NCBI GenBank assembly: GCA_963667175.2 | Contig: CAXXXF010000013.1 | Coordinates: forward strand, 176,705 to 240,704 | Length of the DNA: 64,000 bases | Origin: Candidatus Latescibacterota bacterium | GTDB taxonomy: Bacteria; Latescibacterota; UBA2968; GCA-2709665 | Direction of reading: 5' to 3' | Shown: positions 59,086-64,000 of the stretch, piece after piece | How the letters are laid out: each line of letters begins with the position of its first letter | Numbering within the stretch: position 1 is the stretch's first letter | Made by a program: the position numbers and the translations under genes | Notes under the pieces: model-generated | Seen by the model: the letters and a program-made list of their open reading frames with translations, nothing else | Told to the model about the DNA's origin: nothing | Databases searched by the model: none

Positions 59086-62000
59086 ATGAACAGATCAACT
59101 GGCGAGTCCAACACTCCAGGATGTCCAACATGCGGCGCTCCAATGGCGCTTCGTACGGCGAAGCGGGGACCCAACCCCGGAGAGCGGTTCTGGGGTTGCA
59201 CGAAGTTTCCCAAGTGCCGGGGTACGAGGCGGCACGGTAAAGAGCGGAGGCCGGAGCATACTTCCCCCGCGGTCCATTCAACTCATCGGGAATTGCTTCC
59301 GGTCGAATGGATCGAAGGCGCACGCCGCAACGATTTCATCCCGGAATACGTGTCCGTGGGAGCGAGGCCGGGGATCCTAAATGATCGGCTCGGTCAGGAC
59401 GCGCGTTTGACGCGGGCCCTGAGTCAGTGTGTTCTGCTCTCGCGAAGAAGCCGAGAGCGCGGAGATTCCGTCGAGTACGTTCGCTTCGCGGTCTCGCTCC
59501 TGCTCAAGTTGCTGCGTCGCGGGCAGACGCCCATGCCAACTCTGGAGGTCGAACGCGAAGCGCTTCGCACCCACGGCTTGTTCGATCGTGTTAACGCAGC
59601 AGGCCAGAACGAGGCGGAAGTCGGTTGGGAGTTGCGGGCGGGCCCGCCGTTGCGTTTCACCGCTGAAACCATTCTTGCGAGGATTACAGAGAAGACCCCG
59701 TTCATTCTCGACTCCGCATTCGACTTCGATCCCGATTCGGAAGCGTCGTTGCTGCAGAGCCATGTGGAAAGCTGGTTTCTCAATCAGTGGGCGCCTGCGG
59801 CGCTCGGGCCCTGCGCCGGTCACTGGTTCACCCCTCAGGCGCCGCTTGACCGGCTTGTTGAGTCCTCGGGCGGATACGGGAACGGCGCCCGCCGCGTCGA
59901 CTTTCTCTTCAGCCATCCAGGTGGGACCCCATTCGCCGTAGAGATCGACGGTCCGGAACACGCTGGTGCGGTCGAGGTGGACGAGGCGCGTGATGAAGCA
60001 CTGCGATCCGCAGGGATCGACGTTCTACGTATCACCAACGCGGAAGTGCTGGATGGCCGCGGTACCACGCTCGACGAGATTCGCGGTCGATGTCTACGTT
60101 CCCTGACGTCATTCGCACGTGCCAATGGCAACGAGAAGGACGTCGCGTCGTTCGCTCTCGATTGCGCTAATTCGGCCAAGGTGCAGTTTGTGGTCGCCAG
60201 GGCCCTGGAGTACGGATGGCTGACGCCCGGCGGAACATGGGCCATTGACATCCGTGGGGCCGGAGCGCCCGCCGCGGCCGGCGTGCTGGATGTGCTTCGG
60301 TTCATGGCCGGCATCGACGTTCTGTATGGCGGTTGTTCGGTCCCGGAACGATGTTCCGTGAGGGCGGACGACGGGTTCGCAACGACCTGGATGCGCGAAG
60401 ACGAGGACAGGTGGATCGAGGCCGCGGATTTCGAAACGGCCGGAGAACCGTTGCGCATCAGCGTCGAAACGGGAACCAGCCCGTACCATGCCATTTCACG
60501 CGAAGGACAGGATTTCGTCATTCGCTCAGTGTACGTCCCTGCATTGATCGCGGCCGCGCCGTCGTTCGACTTGCGAAGAAGAGCTGCGGAGGTGTCGACC
60601 TTCGAAGAAGCTCAGGGTCCGCTCCGGTTTTGTCTCCGGAACATATTTCGGAAACGAGATTTCCGCCCGATGCAGGGTCAGGCCATCGTTAACGCACTGC
60701 GACAAAACGACAGCGTCGTGTTGCTTCAGACCGGCGGGGGAAAGAGTATCGTCTACCAGCTTGCGGGTCTGCTTATGCCCGGCGTCACACTGGTGGTCGA
60801 TCCGATAACCGCGTTGATCGAGGACCAGGTTGAGGGACTGAGGTCTTACGGAATCGACAGAGCGGCTTCAATTACAAGCTACCTTGCCGGCCGGGAAGAT
60901 CGCGAGCGCCTGCTGTGCCGAGTTGAACGAGGCGAGTACCTGTTCGTGCTTCTTGCGCCCGAACGATTGCAGTCGCCCCAGTTTCGGACGGCGCTCCGCG
61001 CATTGGTGGAGTCCACGTTTGTCAACCTGGCGGTCGTCGATGAAGCTCACTGCGTTTCCGAGTGGGGGCACGACTTCCGGCCCGCGTATCTGAAACTCGC
61101 GGATAATCTGAGAAGGCTCGGGGCAGACCGCGAATCCAGCCCACCGCCACTCCTGGCCCTCACAGGGACCGCCTCGCGCGCCGTCCTCCGGGACATGCTC
61201 GCCGACCTCGGTATCGACAGGAATCGCTCGGATGTATTGATTCGTCCGGATTCGTTCGACCGTACCGAAATTCGCTTTGAAATCGTGCGCACGTCGCCGG
61301 TCGAAGACTCGTCGGCGGCCCTGCGCGGCGTGCTGAATGCACTGCCCGGACGATTCGGCTTGCCCCGGGCTGAGTTCTATCGGTCGTCCGGCGCCGACAC
61401 AGCTTCAGGTATCGTTTTCGTGCCTACGGTAAGAGACCGTATCTACGGGGTCCAGGCCGTCCGCAGTGTCGTGCGCCAAGCAACCGGCGCGGAAGTCACG
61501 ATCTATTCCGGCGGCCATCCCCGGTCCGTGGATGCGGGCGAGTGGGATGCTCGAAAACGCGAAAACGCGGCCGATTTTAAGTCCAACCGTGTACCCGTGC
61601 TTGTCGCGACCAAGGCATTCGGGATGGGGATTGACAAGCCGAATATCAGGTATACGGTGCATTTCGGAATGCCCATGTCGCTCGAGAGCTTCTATCAGGA
61701 GGCAGGCCGTGCGGGGCGAGACCGAAAACTCGCGCGCGCAACCGTCGTGTTTTCGGAGTACGACCCGGCCCGCTCCTCGGAGTTGATCGATCCCGATCTC
61801 GATATCGAGGCACTTCGCGACAAGTTTGATGTGATTGAAGGAAATCGCAGTACCGCGGATGACCTGAACCGTGCATTGTGGTTCCACCTCCGCTCGTTCA
61901 GCGGTGCGGCACAGGAAATCGAGGACGTGACCGATCTGCTGAACGATCTGGGCGATCTCTCTTCCAGACAACGCATTGAACGACCCTTTGAGGACGACGA

Positions 62001-62946
62001 AAACCGTATCAGAAAGGAAAAAGCCGTCTATCGGCTTCTCAGGATTGGCGTGATTGACGACTATGAAGTCGAGTTCGGATCCCGCAGGTTTGTGCTTCAC
62101 GTGGACGCGTTCGATTTCGAGCGATGTAGGGACAGACTGCTTGAATTCGTCCGCTCGGCGCAACCTGGAAGGAGCAAGTCCCTCGTTCGAAAAGTGAATG
62201 AAGTCGATACCGGCCAGGCGCAGGAAGCGGCGCTTGCACTTGCCACGATTCTGATTGAGTTTACGTACGACCTGGTCGAACGTTCCCGGCGTGGCATGAT
62301 CCGTGAAGCACTGCTGCTGGCCCGTCAGGCGCGAGACGACGCGGAGATTCGTCTGCGGCTGCTCGACTACCTTCAGGAAGGCTTCGGCGCCGAACACATT
62401 GAAGGACTGCTACAGAATGAGGAGGTCGAGCTGGTGGCGTGGTGGGATCTTGTTGCCAAGGTGCAGTCAGCGATGGACGCGGGCGAGCTTCGGGGTCTGT
62501 GCATTCGCGCGCTCGAGTCCTACCCGGACCATCCGGGGCTTCTGATCGCCCGCGCGCTTTCCGAGTCCATGTGCCCCGATCACGATGAAAACGTGAGCGC
62601 CAGGGGAATCAGCGCCGCCATCCGGTCTGGGGTGGAGAAATACGGCATTTCCCGTAACGATATCGAAACGGCCATCGACCAGATGTACGACCTCGTGGCG
62701 ACCCGCGCGAGCGATCTCGGTCCGCCCCTCACCTTCGCGCTACTTGATCTCGCTGATGCCGAGCCTGATTTTGCGTACGTGGAGAAGAAGGGGATTCAGC
62801 GTGCGGTTGAACTGGACGATCCTCAAGTCCGTGCCGTTATTGCCGCTAGATGCATTCGCGACGTCTTCGATGAATTGCACGACGTATGCGACCGGGTCGC
62901 GCGACAGTATGAAACGCCCGGTGTGGCAGAGGTATTGGGAGCGTAA
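59086..62946 (+). CDS. Zn-ribbon / DUF559(Vsr)-like nuclease / RecQ-family helicase fusion
   Basis: CPTCGAPM...FWGCTKFPKC. VDF...AVEIDGPEH...DEARDEALRSAGIDVLRI. QTGGGKS, DEAHCVSEWGHDFRP, ATKAFGMGIDK and YQEAGRAGRD. Long helical C-terminus. Confidence 0.88.
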   Translation: MNRSTGESNTPGCPTCGAPMALRTAKRGPNPGERFWGCTKFPKCRGTRRHGKERRPEHTSPAVHSTHRELLPVEWIEGARRNDFIPEYVSVGARPGILNDRLGQDARLTRALSQCVLLSRRSRERGDSVEYVRFAVSLLLKLLRRGQTPMPTLEVEREALRTHGLFDRVNAAGQNEAEVGWELRAGPPLRFTAETILARITEKTPFILDSAFDFDPDSEASLLQSHVESWFLNQWAPAALGPCAGHWFTPQAPLDRLVESSGGYGNGARRVDFLFSHPGGTPFAVEIDGPEHAGAVEVDEARDEALRSAGIDVLRITNAEVLDGRGTTLDEIRGRCLRSLTSFARANGNEKDVASFALDCANSAKVQFVVARALEYGWLTPGGTWAIDIRGAGAPAAAGVLDVLRFMAGIDVLYGGCSVPERCSVRADDGFATTWMREDEDRWIEAADFETAGEPLRISVETGTSPYHAISREGQDFVIRSVYVPALIAAAPSFDLRRRAAEVSTFEEAQGPLRFCLRNIFRKRDFRPMQGQAIVNALRQNDSVVLLQTGGGKSIVYQLAGLLMPGVTLVVDPITALIEDQVEGLRSYGIDRAASITSYLAGREDRERLLCRVERGEYLFVLLAPERLQSPQFRTALRALVESTFVNLAVVDEAHCVSEWGHDFRPAYLKLADNLRRLGADRESSPPPLLALTGTASRAVLRDMLADLGIDRNRSDVLIRPDSFDRTEIRFEIVRTSPVEDSSAALRGVLNALPGRFGLPRAEFYRSSGADTASGIVFVPTVRDRIYGVQAVRSVVRQATGAEVTIYSGGHPRSVDAGEWDARKRENAADFKSNRVPVLVATKAFGMGIDKPNIRYTVHFGMPMSLESFYQEAGRAGRDRKLARATVVFSEYDPARSSELIDPDLDIEALRDKFDVIEGNRSTADDLNRALWFHLRSFSGAAQEIEDVTDLLNDLGDLSSRQRIERPFEDDENRIRKEKAVYRLLRIGVIDDYEVEFGSRRFVLHVDAFDFERCRDRLLEFVRSAQPGRSKSLVRKVNEVDTGQAQEAALALATILIEFTYDLVERSRRGMIREALLLARQARDDAEIRLRLLDYLQEGFGAEHIEGLLQNEEVELVAWWDLVAKVQSAMDAGELRGLCIRALESYPDHPGLLIARALSESMCPDHDENVSARGISAAIRSGVEKYGISRNDIETAIDQMYDLVATRASDLGPPLTFALLDLADAEPDFAYVEKKGIQRAVELDDPQVRAVIAARCIRDVFDELHDVCDRVARQYETPGVAEVLGA

Positions 62947-63366
62947 ATGGATATCATGAAGGAACTCCAGAAGCGGCTCGGAGAAACGGAGCGGCGTGCC
63001 GCGGAGGTGGTCGGGCGGCTCGAGCAATTCGATGAGCTACAACGGTCACTCGCAGACGCCGGAAGAGGGCTCGGCGAAGCCAATACCAACGTCTCGGAAC
63101 TCGCGTCTGCGGCGGGAGCCGTAGTCGATTCGCTGAACAGCGTCCTCGCTGAATTCCGGAAGGCCGTTGATCTATTGCAGGCCGCCGACCCGGTACTGAT
63201 TGGCGACAAGCTCGTCAAGATCGAGCAACAACTGGAAGGAATCACTGCAAAACTCGGCACAGTGGACGAGCTTTCGTCCGAAATCCGCAGCACCCGAATC
63301 GCGCTGGAACGGCTTTCGCGAAGGTCGTTTATCGACAAGATCTTCGGGCGGAGCCGCGAAACCTGA
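62947..63366 (+). CDS. Small coiled-coil hypothetical protein
   Basis: ATG immediately follows the helicase TAA. Heptad-rich, with amphipathic C-terminal SFIDKIFG. Confidence 0.7.
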   Translation: MDIMKELQKRLGETERRAAEVVGRLEQFDELQRSLADAGRGLGEANTNVSELASAAGAVVDSLNSVLAEFRKAVDLLQAADPVLIGDKLVKIEQQLEGITAKLGTVDELSSEIRSTRIALERLSRRSFIDKIFGRSRET

Positions 63367-63665
63367 ACGAGGATCATGAGACGTACCCCTCGACTTGGAA
63401 AGAGATTTGTCAGCCGAGCTTCGGTGACAACGTGTCGAAATCGACCAGCGTCAAAGCCTTTAAAGAGTTCTACCGACAAGACTTGAGACGGCCAGTGGGA
63501 TTCCCAGCAGGCTGTTGGGTGTGCTAAATCCCTTGACAGACAGTTGAAAGTCGGATTCATTATGTTTGTACCCGAGTCGTTTCCGCCACGGCGGTCTTCA
63601 GGTAGCGCTTATACGCAGAGTTACGTGACTAACGCGGATCCCGAAAAACTGGGGGAGCACAAGGC

Positions 63666-64000
63666 ATGCCGCAATTAAAAACCTATGACCTATTTTTAAG
63701 CCACGTATGGCGAAGCGCCGAAAACTCCGAATACTACCGCCTCGAGAATCTTCTCTACGAAGCGCCATACTTCTATTGGCGGAATTATTCTGTTCCCGAG
63801 CACGATCCACTAGGAACAAAGACAGATCAGGCACTGCGTCAAGCACTTTATCGGCAAATTGCTCCAATTAACTGCTTTCTTGTGGTTTCCGGAATGTATG
63901 TCAATCACAGAAAGTGGATTCAGCAAGAAATCGATATTGCTATCAGATACAATAAGCCGATTGTTGGCGTAATACCGTGGGGCCAAGAACGCGTGCCTGT
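63666..64000 (+). CDS. TIR-domain protein, MTH538/DUF1863 (Thoeris ThsB-like), 3'-truncated by the window edge
   Basis: Manual translation: MPQLKTYDLFLSHVW...WRNYSVPEHDP...GMYVNHRKWIQQEIDIA..YNKPIVGVIPWGQERVP. GGGAG SD. Missing from the ORF track because there is no stop in the window. Confidence 0.85.
   Translation, partial: MPQLKTYDLFLSHVWRSAENSEYYRLENLLYEAPYFYWRNYSVPEHDPLGTKTDQALRQALYRQIAPINCFLVVSGMYVNHRKWIQQEIDIAIRYNKPIVGVIPWGQERVP

Noticed and set aside
63598-63867. 89-aa minus-strand ORF
   Set aside because: Antisense to the TIR gene, which has clear family motifs and an SD.

Overview
Bacterial, GC-rich window. The priA/lptD/DUF4159/DUF4175/MoxR/DUF58 block suggests an FCB-group-like organism (inference only). 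Layout: (1) 1-8.5 kb, a defence island: a type III R-M operon with a SAMHD1/YwfO-like HD hydrolase and a YwgA/Panacea-like gene between mod and res, facing a single-ORF HTH-methyltransferase-BsuBI/PstI-endonuclease fusion. (2) 8.7-17.9 kb, metabolic and accessory genes, including a broken CehA/McbA-like hydrolase, a divergent citrate-synthase pair and a PD-(D/E)xK+PIN pair. (3) 18.2-28.1 kb, a peptide-export locus: a sigma54-type promoter, three double-glycine precursor peptides, a DUF3267 and two CPBP membrane proteases, a cNMP-C39-ABC transporter, HlyD and a PpiC-like protein, with no modifying enzyme visible. (4) 28.5-56.4 kb, mostly core genes (lysA, tRNA-Leu, lptD, dtd, maf, rodZ, priA, flippase, MoxR cluster, SulP). 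(5) 57-64 kb, a second putative defence island: AAA+DUF4276, a Zn-ribbon/DUF559-nuclease/RecQ fusion with a coiled-coil partner, and a truncated ThsB-like TIR gene absent from the ORF track. Non-coding features include two copies of a MITE with 4-bp target duplications and three copies of a 33-36 bp CCTGCCTGC...GCAGGCAGG palindromic mini-element that has inserted into the MITE, into a REP-like repeat and into itself. All calls come from reading motifs by eye; no database searches were run.
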